A DNA stretch of 56,472 bases from a virus (lineage: Duplodnaviria; Caudoviricetes). Below the pieces are notes generated by a model, which was not told the origin of the DNA, ran no database searches, and saw only the letters and a list, made by a program, of their open reading frames with translations. The stretch spans positions 1 through 56,472 of IMG/VR virus record IMGVR_UViG_3300019926_000239. One strand, written 5' to 3'. Shown here piece by piece: positions 17,568-27,648 of the stretch; position 1 is the stretch's first letter; each line of letters starts with the position of its first letter. The translations under genes and the position numbers were made by a program.

Positions 17568-19478
17568 ATGCAACGGCTACAACTCATCAACCAGGCGGAC
17601 ACCAGCGACGAGGTAAACATCCTCGGCGACCGCATCCTCGACTACTCACCCGACCGTGAGCATACGGCGGTCGGCACGTTTGCGGTTGCGGTGGCACCAG
17701 CGGACGGACGCATCAAACAACGCCTCGGTGATAAGGCGCGGATATATGAGTTGCGTGACGACGGCACGTGGGAACTCCTCTTTAACGGCGAACTCCTCGC
17801 CGCCGACGTGAACGACACCGAGGCGACCGCTACACTCAAAGGTGAGGGCATCGGGCGGCACCTCAAGCGGTCGAGTAATAGCGTGGTGTATGAGGATGTG
17901 AAGTATTGGGAGGCAATAGACGACTACGTGAACGAGTTTTTACCGGATTGGGATTGGACGGTGTACCCACCCGACCCCGTCCCGTTACGTAGCGGCACCG
18001 TGTTAACCAGCATACCGAACGAGACGAGTTTCGATAGTTTCTTCGGCAGCGACATACCGGAACCGTGGTCAACCAACATAAGCGGCGGCGAGGGACTTAA
18101 ACTCCTTCAATCCGCGTTACTCTTTAGCACCGACGCGCGTGAGGTGGAAGCCTCCGGCGGCGTATTCACTCGTAGTAGTACGGCTACCGCCGCCGGCGCA
18201 AGCGACAACCTCGATTATGAGTTCGGAGGTCAAGGCACGGATATACCGGCGGTATTAAAATTCGAGGACGGGCTTGGATACGACCTCGACCCCGACGCGT
18301 ACGACGGGCTTGATAAAGCACCACTCGATTTCCACATACGCCACCGGTTCGAGCGTGAGGACTTCCAAGGTAAAATCGAGTACCGCGTGGACGGGCGTGT
18401 GGTGGGTACGTTCGACACCAGCGAAGGAGACGACCCAAGCAACTATTCAACATACACGTGGTATAACGCGACGGAGACGCGGCTTGATTTCCTCGCCTTC
18501 GGACCGCATACGTTCGAGGTGGCGATGGTCGAGAACAACACCACCGACGCCGACGGCAACCCCGACGACGATTCTAATGTGTATAACGTGGATGCGGTGG
18601 CACCACTCGACAACCGGTACGGACCATATACCTTCTCCTCGACTCTTGAGGGCGGCAGCCTCAAAGGACCGGAACTCTATCCGGCGGAGTACCCATTCCA
18701 AATCGAGGACACGGGCTTAGGTAGCAACCTCACGGAAGTAACAATAGACAGCACACTCGAAAACTCGGAGTTCGGCGTGAACGGCAAGTACCGCGTGCGC
18801 ACCAGCGAAACCGCCTCATACACGGATTTCACGCAAGAGACGTTCACCACCGACCTCTCCAACCAAGCCGGCAACCGCCTCGACGTGAAGTTGGTTTTGA
18901 GCCGGTACACCACCGACACCAGCACCTCACCAACACAAGGCGACACCGGCACCAAACTCACGTTCTACGAGAGCAAGATAAGCACGAACGACGTGCCGGT
19001 GATAAGCGGGCGCAAAGAGTTCAGCGGCACCAACCTCGACATACTCACGCAACTACATGAGGAGGGGCGTATGCGGTTTTCCATACTACATGACTCACCA
19101 GGCAAACCGTACCGCGCCGAGAGTTTCAAAAAGGGCGACATCGTGAAGGATGTCGAGTGGAGGGTTTTGAGCAAGCAAACGGGTGAGGACATATTCGATT
19201 ATTGGAACTCGGTTGAGGTGTTCGGACGGCGGCGCAAAGGCGGGCGGCTTAGTGTGACGGAGAAGGCACCGGCGGAGATAAATAACAGCGGCTACGGTGA
19301 GCGCAAAAACAGCAACATATACCCGCGCATAATAGACGACGAGAGCCAACTCCGCACCGAGGCGGTGCGGTTCCTCCTCAAAGGCGTGGATGGTGACGTG
19401 ACCAAAGCCGACCTCACGATAGCCGCAAAGAATATACCACCCGGATACTCATATAAGATTCAAATGGGTGGCGGGTGA
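17568..19478 (+). CDS. putative tail tip/hub protein with inserted beta-rich domains
   Basis: Position; LLFNGEL, ATLKGEG, YWNSVEVFG, IPPGYSY motifs. Confidence 0.65.
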   Translation: MQRLQLINQADTSDEVNILGDRILDYSPDREHTAVGTFAVAVAPADGRIKQRLGDKARIYELRDDGTWELLFNGELLAADVNDTEATATLKGEGIGRHLKRSSNSVVYEDVKYWEAIDDYVNEFLPDWDWTVYPPDPVPLRSGTVLTSIPNETSFDSFFGSDIPEPWSTNISGGEGLKLLQSALLFSTDAREVEASGGVFTRSSTATAAGASDNLDYEFGGQGTDIPAVLKFEDGLGYDLDPDAYDGLDKAPLDFHIRHRFEREDFQGKIEYRVDGRVVGTFDTSEGDDPSNYSTYTWYNATETRLDFLAFGPHTFEVAMVENNTTDADGNPDDDSNVYNVDAVAPLDNRYGPYTFSSTLEGGSLKGPELYPAEYPFQIEDTGLGSNLTEVTIDSTLENSEFGVNGKYRVRTSETASYTDFTQETFTTDLSNQAGNRLDVKLVLSRYTTDTSTSPTQGDTGTKLTFYESKISTNDVPVISGRKEFSGTNLDILTQLHEEGRMRFSILHDSPGKPYRAESFKKGDIVKDVEWRVLSKQTGEDIFDYWNSVEVFGRRRKGGRLSVTEKAPAEINNSGYGERKNSNIYPRIIDDESQLRTEAVRFLLKGVDGDVTKADLTIAAKNIPPGYSYKIQMGGG

Positions 19479-19529
19479 ACCGCACCGTACCGCGTGACAC
19501 CGCGCACACCAGCATGAGGTAAACAAAGT

Positions 19530-19985
19530 ATGCCTGTTCCCAACGCAACAAAACTCGCACTCTTGAACGGTAGCATAGACCTGGCAAACGACACAATACG
19601 CGTCCTACTCCTCAACGATAGCCAAGCGTATTCGTTCGACCCCGACCGGGATGCGACGGTGCAAGACGTACTCAACAATAGCACCGAGTTCGGCGACACG
19701 AACTACACGCGGCAAACGTTGAGCAACCAAAGCACGTCGCAAGACGACACCGACGACGAGGGCGTTTTCGACGCCGACGACGTGACGTGGGCGAACCTCG
19801 GCGGTAGTGAGACTATACAAGCCGCGGTCATATACCGGCAAATCGGTGGCGACGACACAACGCCGGGCGACGACGAGGTTATAGCCGTGTTCGATGATAC
19901 GGATATAGCCGAGTTACCTCTCGCCACCAACGGCAGCGATGTGGACCTCGTGTTCGACACCGAGGGCATCGTTAACCTCACGTAA
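19530..19985 (+). CDS. minor tail/virion protein
   Basis: GSIDLANDTIRVLLL, FDADDVTW, LPLATNGSD motifs seen in small siphovirus tail proteins. Confidence 0.7.
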   Translation: MPVPNATKLALLNGSIDLANDTIRVLLLNDSQAYSFDPDRDATVQDVLNNSTEFGDTNYTRQTLSNQSTSQDDTDDEGVFDADDVTWANLGGSETIQAAVIYRQIGGDDTTPGDDEVIAVFDDTDIAELPLATNGSDVDLVFDTEGIVNLT

Positions 19986-20032
19986 GCGCCTACACCGCGC
20001 CGCGCGGTTTCACGCGGTACAACATTTCATAA

Positions 20033-23000
20033 ATGGTAGACGTAGACATAACCTTTGGCGCGGTAGACCTCACGAGTTCTACGTCTACCGAGATAACTGT
20101 TTACGAGGACACTACCGGCGACGGTAACGCGGATAATCAAGCGACACAGACGTTAAGCGCGGGTACGACTTCCTACACTCTTTCCGGGTTTGGCGGCAGC
20201 GGTGATTTATGGTTCGACCTAAAGATAGATGAGGGTAGTGACCTCACGGCGGGTGATATAGTAACCGCACCGGTAGATATAAACTATGCCTCAACGGGAA
20301 CCTCGCTAAACGCGCCGGTAGCCGAGGTCAACGTAGATGACGTTCTGCCTACGTTTGACCCAGGTACCAACTCACTCACGGCACCAACCGCAACGGTAGC
20401 AACCTCCTCACCTTCGCCGGCGGTCGAAATCAAGTCCCTCCTCAACGCACCGCCGGCAACCGTTAACAGCGAAACACCAACGGGCGCGGTCAACGCCACG
20501 GGTGTGGCGGCGGCAGCGGCACCCGTAACGTCCATCTCCTCATCTACACCGGCGGCAAACGTTGAGGCACGCGTATCACTCACGGCACCCACGGCGAACG
20601 TGGGCACCGACACACCCGCGTTTGAAATACGCGCAACTACTTTCCTACAACCACCGGCGGCAACGGTAAACACCTCGACACCAGGTGGCGAAGTGAGTGG
20701 TAGCGGTACGGCGACAGCGGAGGCGACCGCGGCGGTAGTTAGCACCTCGACACCGGTACCAACCGCGGCGGCACGCGGCACGGCACCGTTCAACGCGGTC
20801 GCGGCAACCCTCACCAGCGAAATACCAACGGCTTCCGTGGATGCGTTCATCTCACTCACCACGCCGGCAGCGTCCATCTCCTCATCTACGCCGCCGGCTA
20901 CAACCGAAGCCACGGGCGCGGTACAACTCTCGCACTCGGTGGCGGCGGTTGAGGCGGTTACGCCGGCGGGTGTGGTTGAGCCTACGGTGGTCGAGGCGTA
21001 CGCACCTACGGCAACGATAGCCACTACCACGCCCACACCACTCGTCGAGCGAACGGAGTTCTTGCGCGCACCCACGGCACTACTCACGACGGAGACGCCG
21101 GCGGGTGTGGCTACCGGCAGCGGCACGGCACCGCTAACACACTCCGCGGTATTGGTGGCAACGTCCTCACCAGCGGGCGCGGTTGAGGCAACCGGCGCGG
21201 TGGCACTTACTCCAACGGAGGTCAAACTACGCACGGAAACGCCGCCTATCGCGCCGGCGCGGCGGATACGGATACGACCGGCTACCGAGGAGTTAACGGT
21301 GGAGGGTGTGGTGCCGACCGCCACCGGCAGCGGGACGATAGAGTTGACATCCTCGACGGAGACGGTCAACGCGGTTACGCCTACGGCGAGCGCGGCAGCA
21401 CGCGGCACCGCACCACTCAACGCGGTCGCGGAGGAGGTTGCGGTCGAGACACCGGGCGTTGACGTGCGCACTCTCCGCGATATGCGTGCGCCGGTAGCAA
21501 CGGTAAACACGACTACGCCGACGCTTGAACCACGCGCACTCGGGACGGTTTACTTGAGCGCCGAGGCGGATGAGGTTGAGGTTACTACGCCGGCATTCGC
21601 CGCCGCCGGTAATTCGCCCGTATCGTTCGCGGCACCGCCGGCGGTAATACAAAGCGCTTCACCCTTCATCACGGTTGAGTTGGTTGACCGCCTCACCGCC
21701 GGACCAGCAACCATCACGTCGTCCGCGGAAACGCCAACGGCTACCGGCAGCGGCACCGCCACGGCAAACGTTGAGCGCGCCGCGGAAGTTGAGGCGGTAG
21801 CACCCACACCGTTCCGCCTCTCCCGCATCCTGGTGGCACCACTCGAAACCATTTCATACACACTCGCCGCGGAGGAGGCACGCGCCGACCTCTCATTTGG
21901 CAAGCCACCGACAAGCCGGCGGAAGCCGATAGAGAACCAGCGCGATGAGCGTGAGACGAGGGCAAGTATAGGCGACCGCGAGGATAACGTGACGCCGCGC
22001 GACCCAAGCGAACCGGCGGATGTTGAGATACAGATAACCGATACGGTGACGCCCATACCGGAAACGGGTGAAAGCGTCGTCACGGCGCGGATACGTAACA
22101 CCGTGTCGGAACAACGTACGGTCACGGCGGAACTCAACATAGATTCCCAGGATGTATCCAACCCGGTGGATAGCGTTACGCTTGATATGGACGCGCGTAG
22201 CGCCACCAGGGTGGAACTCAAATGGCAACCGTTCACCGGCGCGGGCGGCACTACCTTCGACGCCACGGCAGCACTCTCCAACGATAGCGATACTACGCAA
22301 ATCAAAGTCGAGCCTACGGTGGCGGGCGTTGAGTACCGACCGGAGATACTCAACACCAACGCGCCGATAATAGGTGAGGACGGTTCATGGAATACTCTTG
22401 ATGTGGAGGTGCGGTACATAAACTTCGGTGCCGATGACGCCGGTACCGGCGAGCAAGTTTATCTTGATACGGGTCAGAAACAAGGCGTTGATACGCAAGA
22501 CCTAATCCTCGCAAGTGGCGAGAGCGCCACCATCACCCACACGTGGCAACCGGCTTATTACCTCGATGGTGGTGAGTATGATGTTACGGCACGCGGTGAG
22601 GCGGAAGCGGATATACCCGACCAGACCGTGCGCGACCGCGTAACGGATACGGTGACGGTTGAGTTGATAGGCGACCCCATAGATATACGTGACCCGGAAG
22701 GTAAACTACACGTCAACATCCAAGGCACCAACTCGCCCGTTAACGAGGGTGAGGCGGCAAGCGTCAACGTTGAGGTGACGAACCCAAGCGGCAGCGAGGA
22801 GGCAAACGGCACCATCGTACTCGCTAACCAAAGTTACGGCAGCGGCTACGGTCGGGATGTGGGCTACGCGGAGGTTGAGGAGTTACAACCGAACGGCGTT
22901 ACTACGGTGCCGGTTGTGTGGGCAACGCGTGAGGGCGATAAAGGCGACCATAACCTCACCGTACGCAGCGGGTGCGCGAACGGCGTCAACGACGACGAGA

Positions 23001-23737
23001 GTATAGATATACCGAACGATGATTGCGCCGATGAGACTACCGTAACCGTCGAGGAGACGGATGGTGCAATAACACCGTGGGCACTCAACGTCACACTCGA
23101 CGGCGTTGAATCACCGATAGCATACACAGAAAACGCAACCGTAGTCGCAAACATAACTCACGTCGGAAACGTGAGCATGAGCGGCATATCCAAACTCAAT
23201 ATAACCGGACAAGGGCGTAACGACGTGGGCGTAGACGTGAGCGGGCTAAACCTCGGTCCCGCCGAAACCGTACGCAAAACGTTCACGTGGAACGCGAGCG
23301 CGGGCTTTGAACCTCCTTCCGGCGGCAGCGAGAATTTCGAGGCGTGTGTCGAGGTGTGGCGCGATGGAACCGCCGACCCACCCGACGACGTAGCGTGCAG
23401 TACGATAACCGTCGAAAGTAGTACGTATGCGTTAACTCAATCCGCGACGGCGAGAAACGGTACAGTCGGAAGTGCCGAAGCCACCGTTGAAACCGTACCG
23501 GCGGGATATGAGAAAATAAGGTATAGTTGGTCGTTCGACGACGACGGCGCACCCGGACGCGCTAACCAACGCGTATGGGAACTCAAATACGATGGCTCGG
23601 CGATAGAAACTAAGATTTGGTCGTCAGACGAGTATGTGAGCGCGGGCGGCACAGAGACAATACCACTACCGGATACGGACGGCGGAACCCTCGAAATCCG
23701 CGCAAACGATGGTAAAGCGAGTATCGGTCCACCATAG
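20033..23737 (+). CDS. large fibre/adhesin: Ala/Thr/Pro repeat stalk plus several CARDB/Ig-like domains
   Basis: ~25-aa L.AP.A.V...TP repeats in N-half; repeated TNSPV..GE...V.V.N...W modules in C-half. Confidence 0.75.
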   Translation: MVDVDITFGAVDLTSSTSTEITVYEDTTGDGNADNQATQTLSAGTTSYTLSGFGGSGDLWFDLKIDEGSDLTAGDIVTAPVDINYASTGTSLNAPVAEVNVDDVLPTFDPGTNSLTAPTATVATSSPSPAVEIKSLLNAPPATVNSETPTGAVNATGVAAAAAPVTSISSSTPAANVEARVSLTAPTANVGTDTPAFEIRATTFLQPPAATVNTSTPGGEVSGSGTATAEATAAVVSTSTPVPTAAARGTAPFNAVAATLTSEIPTASVDAFISLTTPAASISSSTPPATTEATGAVQLSHSVAAVEAVTPAGVVEPTVVEAYAPTATIATTTPTPLVERTEFLRAPTALLTTETPAGVATGSGTAPLTHSAVLVATSSPAGAVEATGAVALTPTEVKLRTETPPIAPARRIRIRPATEELTVEGVVPTATGSGTIELTSSTETVNAVTPTASAAARGTAPLNAVAEEVAVETPGVDVRTLRDMRAPVATVNTTTPTLEPRALGTVYLSAEADEVEVTTPAFAAAGNSPVSFAAPPAVIQSASPFITVELVDRLTAGPATITSSAETPTATGSGTATANVERAAEVEAVAPTPFRLSRILVAPLETISYTLAAEEARADLSFGKPPTSRRKPIENQRDERETRASIGDREDNVTPRDPSEPADVEIQITDTVTPIPETGESVVTARIRNTVSEQRTVTAELNIDSQDVSNPVDSVTLDMDARSATRVELKWQPFTGAGGTTFDATAALSNDSDTTQIKVEPTVAGVEYRPEILNTNAPIIGEDGSWNTLDVEVRYINFGADDAGTGEQVYLDTGQKQGVDTQDLILASGESATITHTWQPAYYLDGGEYDVTARGEAEADIPDQTVRDRVTDTVTVELIGDPIDIRDPEGKLHVNIQGTNSPVNEGEAASVNVEVTNPSGSEEANGTIVLANQSYGSGYGRDVGYAEVEELQPNGVTTVPVVWATREGDKGDHNLTVRSGCANGVNDDESIDIPNDDCADETTVTVEETDGAITPWALNVTLDGVESPIAYTENATVVANITHVGNVSMSGISKLNITGQGRNDVGVDVSGLNLGPAETVRKTFTWNASAGFEPPSGGSENFEACVEVWRDGTADPPDDVACSTITVESSTYALTQSATARNGTVGSAEATVETVPAGYEKIRYSWSFDDDGAPGRANQRVWELKYDGSAIETKIWSSDEYVSAGGTETIPLPDTDGGTLEIRANDGKASIGPP

Positions 23738-23748
23738 GAGATAAGAAA

Positions 23749-24570
23749 ATGACACCAACATGGTATGCAACCGACTTCGACCAAGGCACAGACGACGGAT
23801 TAGTGCATGAGAACACCGCCGACACCGCGTACACGAACGCGAGCGAGGCACGCAAAGGCGACGCTACCGCCTCGCCTCTGTACTCCGCCGACCTCGTAGC
23901 GTGGTATCCACTTCAAGAGCCGAGCGGGACTACGCTCGTAGATTTCTCCGGCAACAACTACGACGGCACCTATAACGGCGTGACGCTCGGTGGCGGCGAC
24001 ACCCTTCGAGGGATACTCTCACACTCATGGGACGGTAACGACGACTACGCCGATACGGGACAGAAGTTCGAGTATATGAACAACGGTCAGTTTACCGTAT
24101 GTTGGTGGATGTACGTACTTTCCTCGTCACGTAGTTTTATCTTCGATACGGGGAACGGTTCGAGTTCCAACAACGGTTTTGCCGCCGACTACTCAAGTAA
24201 AGGTAACAACCTCCTCGACCTCGCGCCGCGTAGCACGGGTAATAACCCGCGTCTGCAAATCACGATACCTACGGGCGAGTGGCATCATGTGGCGTGGACG
24301 TGGGACGAGGCGGGTAACGCCAACGGCGAGGTGCGCGCATATAAGGACGGTAGCGTAGGAGATAGTTCGTCAGCCCCCAATATAAGCGCGTCTTCTATCG
24401 CTCAGACCATGCAACTCGGACACATAGACGGTAGTTTCGACCTTAGTTACCCCGGATACCTCTTTGACTTCCGGCTATACAATCGTACTTTGAGCGCGAG
24501 CGAGGTTCAGGAGTTATACGACGTGTGGGCTAACCCGTCAACTCATACCTCGGTGGTGAAAAGCGGATGA
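23749..24570 (+). CDS. LamG/concanavalin A-like lectin domain protein
   Basis: LVAWYPL, DFSGNNYDGT, WDGNDDY, WHHVAWTWD, FRLYNRTLSASEV. Confidence 0.9.
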   Translation: MTPTWYATDFDQGTDDGLVHENTADTAYTNASEARKGDATASPLYSADLVAWYPLQEPSGTTLVDFSGNNYDGTYNGVTLGGGDTLRGILSHSWDGNDDYADTGQKFEYMNNGQFTVCWWMYVLSSSRSFIFDTGNGSSSNNGFAADYSSKGNNLLDLAPRSTGNNPRLQITIPTGEWHHVAWTWDEAGNANGEVRAYKDGSVGDSSSAPNISASSIAQTMQLGHIDGSFDLSYPGYLFDFRLYNRTLSASEVQELYDVWANPSTHTSVVKSG

Positions 24571-24965
24571 CGGTTCACTTCGTACGCGTCTACGTCGAGC
24601 CACCGAAGGGCAACGCTCAAAGCGCGATAGACAATCGGATAACGAACTACTCGGAATGGTCGGGTAGCGCGACTAAGCACGGACTCGTCTCGTTTCCGCC
24701 CGACGGCGAGGAACGCTACCTAACCGGATTTTGGCGTTTCGAGGAACAAGGCGAGACACCCACAGGGATACTCCAACGCCTATATGACAACCTCTCAACG
24801 TTCCAAGGCGGGCTTTGGTTCCGCGCGTTCTATCATATCTGCGACCACGACCGCGAGGATAACTTTGGCGATTGCCCCGTCGCCGACTACGCGGCGGAGT
24901 ACGGTAGCGTACCCGACGACATAAAGGATATACCACCGGACGCCGAGGTAGTCGTGCGCGGTTAG
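24567..24965 (+). CDS. hypothetical protein
   Basis: ATGA-coupled to LamG gene; HICDHD motif. Confidence 0.7.
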   Translation: MTVHFVRVYVEPPKGNAQSAIDNRITNYSEWSGSATKHGLVSFPPDGEERYLTGFWRFEEQGETPTGILQRLYDNLSTFQGGLWFRAFYHICDHDREDNFGDCPVADYAAEYGSVPDDIKDIPPDAEVVVRG

Positions 24966-25303
24966 GGCGTAGGTTTCTCGACTTCCTCGACCTCGACCTC
25001 GCCTGCTACGTGCGCGCCAAATGAGCCATCGCGCTCGCATTCCATCGCCGCATCAACGGGCACGGGACGCGTGCCGGTAGCGAACTCGGCGCGGCGGACG
25101 TGCTTGCACGCCTCACCGTCGCGTAGGTTGTGCATCGAGTCGGGGCACTCGCACGCGCGCTTCTCCAGGTCAACCACGTACGTGCTACCGCTACCGCTTG
25201 CGACCGCGTACATATTTTCGACACCGCGCGCCGCGCCACCCATGTCGGGCATCACGGTCATAACCTCCTCAAGTGCGCGGCGTGTGCGTTTGTCTACACT
25301 CAT
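24962..25303 (-). CDS. SWIM zinc-finger protein
   Basis: YVVDL...CECPD...CKH. Confidence 0.85.
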   Translation of the reverse strand: MSVDKRTRRALEEVMTVMPDMGGAARGVENMYAVASGSGSTYVVDLEKRACECPDSMHNLRDGEACKHVRRAEFATGTRPVPVDAAMECERDGSFGAHVAGEVEVEEVEKPTP

Positions 25304-25305
25304 TT

Positions 25306-25449
25306 TTACCACCCTCCGAACGTGGTGGGTTCGTTGTTGAGGGCTTCGCGCGCTTCCTTACGGCGGCGCACGATGCTTCCCTCACCGGTACGCTCGGTCA
25401 TTTGGCGGGCTTCCGTCCAGCGGTCGTCGGTTAGTTCGGTTTGTGTCAT
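25306..25449 (-). CDS. 47-aa cassette microprotein
   Basis: MTQTELTDDRWTEARQM...FGGW directly after repeat copy 5. Confidence 0.65.
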   Translation of the reverse strand: MTQTELTDDRWTEARQMTERTGEGSIVRRRKEAREALNNEPTTFGGW

Positions 25450-25508
25450 CTTGGGTTCACCTCTTTGCTCGCATCCATAGATAAAGGGCGGTACTACTTA
25501 TACCTTTG
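25450..25508 (-). promoter_or_regulatory. dispersed promoter/leader repeat copy 5
   Basis: Nearly identical to copy 4. Confidence 0.9.
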
Positions 25509-25612
25509 GGAACAACGACACCGCGCCGTATGGGAGTTTTGAGAACACTACCGTGAGAAGCCGCCGAAAACCGCGTGGAACCGCGCGGGCACGCGCACCG
25601 TAGCGCCGTGCG

Positions 25613-25993
25613 CTACCTATTCAACCAACGGTCGAGTGCGGGCGTATCACCAATAGGCAACTCCGCATCCGCGTGGCGGTACACGTACACGATAAGGAAC
25701 ACCTCAAGCAAGAGCGTGAGGAGTACCGCCGTCGCGTGCAACGTAACCTCCGCGTACGCCACCGAGGCATAACCGCCGTAGTTGTATAGCAACGTTATCC
25801 CACCAAGCGAAAACAGGAACGCGATATGCCACGGGTTACACTTCCGTCCGGCGACCATTTGGAGTATCACGGCAGCACTAACGCCAAGCGCACCGGCGGC
25901 AACGCCAAGCGTTTGAACGGTTGTCTCACCTAAAACCATCTTAACCCAAACAACACATCCCAACATCATTAAATGTATGGCTACGCGCTTCAC
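25613..25993 (-). CDS. multi-pass membrane protein (holin candidate)
   Basis: About four hydrophobic segments; follows tail module. Confidence 0.6.
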   Translation of the reverse strand: MKRVAIHLMMLGCVVWVKMVLGETTVQTLGVAAGALGVSAAVILQMVAGRKCNPWHIAFLFSLGGITLLYNYGGYASVAYAEVTLHATAVLLTLLLEVFLIVYVYRHADAELPIGDTPALDRWLNR

Positions 25994-26256
25994 TCGTCGC
26001 CACTACCGCCGCCGCCCTCGCCACTACCACCGTCACCCTCCTCACCAGGTGAGCCGACTTCTACTTGAAGCGGCAAGTTGTCAAGTACCATATCGACACC
26101 CAAGAGCGCGCCGATAACCAAGACAAGGAGGTGCAAGCGCGCGGCTTCTATCTCACCGTATCCCAGGAACTCGGCGATGAGGAGGAACAGAAGTACGCCT
26201 ACGGATAGCAAGCCACCGGCGGCGCGTGCGAACCGTAAGTAAGGGCGCTTTTTCAT
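25990..26256 (-). CDS. two-TM membrane protein (holin candidate)
   Basis: MKKRPYLRF basic N-terminus, two hydrophobic helices, acidic tail. Confidence 0.6.
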   Translation of the reverse strand: MKKRPYLRFARAAGGLLSVGVLLFLLIAEFLGYGEIEAARLHLLVLVIGALLGVDMVLDNLPLQVEVGSPGEEGDGGSGEGGGGSGDE

Positions 26257-26354
26257 ATTGTACGACACCCTAAGCACGCGTGGTTCTTGAAACCACGCGG
26301 TCGTATGCGGGCAAACGCGGCGACTTGTTAGGTAATACCGAGTAATACATAAGC

Positions 26355-26410
26355 CAAAGGTATAAGTAACACCGGCAATTAAAGACGACCGGAGACGAGG
26401 TGAACCCAAG
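26355..26410 (+). promoter_or_regulatory. dispersed promoter/leader repeat copy 6 (divergent)
   Basis: CAAAGGTATAAGTAACACC...GAGGTGAACCCAAG then ATG 26411. Confidence 0.8.
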
Positions 26411-27646
26411 ATGGCAAGCAACGACACCGAGTACGAAGCGACGTATAGCACGGACGGGTATGGAATACCAAAGTGGTACACGGAAAGCGTAACCGCACCA
26501 CACGGACGGCACAACCGCACCGGTGGCACGTGGAACGACGTGGTTGCCACACTAACCGATGAGTACGGCGCAACCACGCGCGCGGTCTACTACGAGGACG
26601 AGAGCCAGGGCGGCAAGTTCGAGATTCCGCACCGCGCCGCCGTCGTGAATCCGGCGTGGGAGGGTGAGGATGGCACGGACGACGCACCCCAAGACCATGC
26701 GGCTTGGACTACGGCAAGCACAGACTACACGCCGGTGAACGCCGACGAGGCACTCGGCACGTTCACCAGCGTAGCGCATAACCGCGGCTACGAACACGCG
26801 TACGGTAAGGTCGTGGCGCGCCGCAACGGCGGAGAGGTGGTAGCCGAAATCCTCCTCGACGACCTACGGATGGAGTATGAGGGCACCGAGTACGTGTTCG
26901 GCATAGAAGCGGGCTACGACCACTTCGGTAATACGGCGGTGTGGAGTAGCCTCATAGCGTACAACACGGAAACCGGTGCGCCGTTACGCCACCTTAGTGA
27001 GCGTATGGCGTTCCGGCACCAGGGCACCGAGGTACGTGAGCGCGTGAGCGAGTGGTATGAAAACGTGCTTGAGCGTGCGGAAACGCTACGCGACGAGATG
27101 CTTAACGTGGTGGCGGATGCGGATGCGTACGAGGTTGAGGTGAGCGAACTACCGGCGTCCGTAGCCGAGTGGTATGAGGCGATGGGTTTCCCAACCTCTT
27201 ACGCCGAGCGTGCCGCCAACCGCGTGCCTACACCGGCGGGCAACAACGGCAACCCCACGGCACTCGACCTTTACAACGCGATAACCTCAACGCTACAAGA
27301 GGAGTTCAACGGCAAGCGCGGCGGCAGCGCGATACAACGCCACGCAAGCCGTGCGAACGAGATACTATTCGCACCGGACGCCGCGGAACGTGCCGCGCTT
27401 GAAACCCTCCTCGACGGTTATGAGAACCAGGCGGCGCTTGAGGAGTACGAGGATGGTGAGGTGCCGGACGCCGAGGAGGTTGAGGGCGTACGCGAGCGGT
27501 ACCAACGTCTACAAGAGGGCATCGAGCAATTCGAGGGTTTCCGTGACCGTGTGCGCACGATACTCGACGGAGTTGAGGCAGACGACGAGGAGGGCGGCAA
27601 CGGTGAGAGCGAAAACCAGGCGGCGCTTACGGATGGAGGTTGGTAA
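26411..27646 (+). CDS. DUF932-like protein
   Basis: DYTPVN, GGEVVA, GYDHFG..AV, FRHQG, LYNAIT pattern resembles DUF932/DUF945. Confidence 0.5.
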   Translation: MASNDTEYEATYSTDGYGIPKWYTESVTAPHGRHNRTGGTWNDVVATLTDEYGATTRAVYYEDESQGGKFEIPHRAAVVNPAWEGEDGTDDAPQDHAAWTTASTDYTPVNADEALGTFTSVAHNRGYEHAYGKVVARRNGGEVVAEILLDDLRMEYEGTEYVFGIEAGYDHFGNTAVWSSLIAYNTETGAPLRHLSERMAFRHQGTEVRERVSEWYENVLERAETLRDEMLNVVADADAYEVEVSELPASVAEWYEAMGFPTSYAERAANRVPTPAGNNGNPTALDLYNAITSTLQEEFNGKRGGSAIQRHASRANEILFAPDAAERAALETLLDGYENQAALEEYEDGEVPDAEEVEGVRERYQRLQEGIEQFEGFRDRVRTILDGVEADDEEGGNGESENQAALTDGGW

Positions 27647-27648
27647 AC

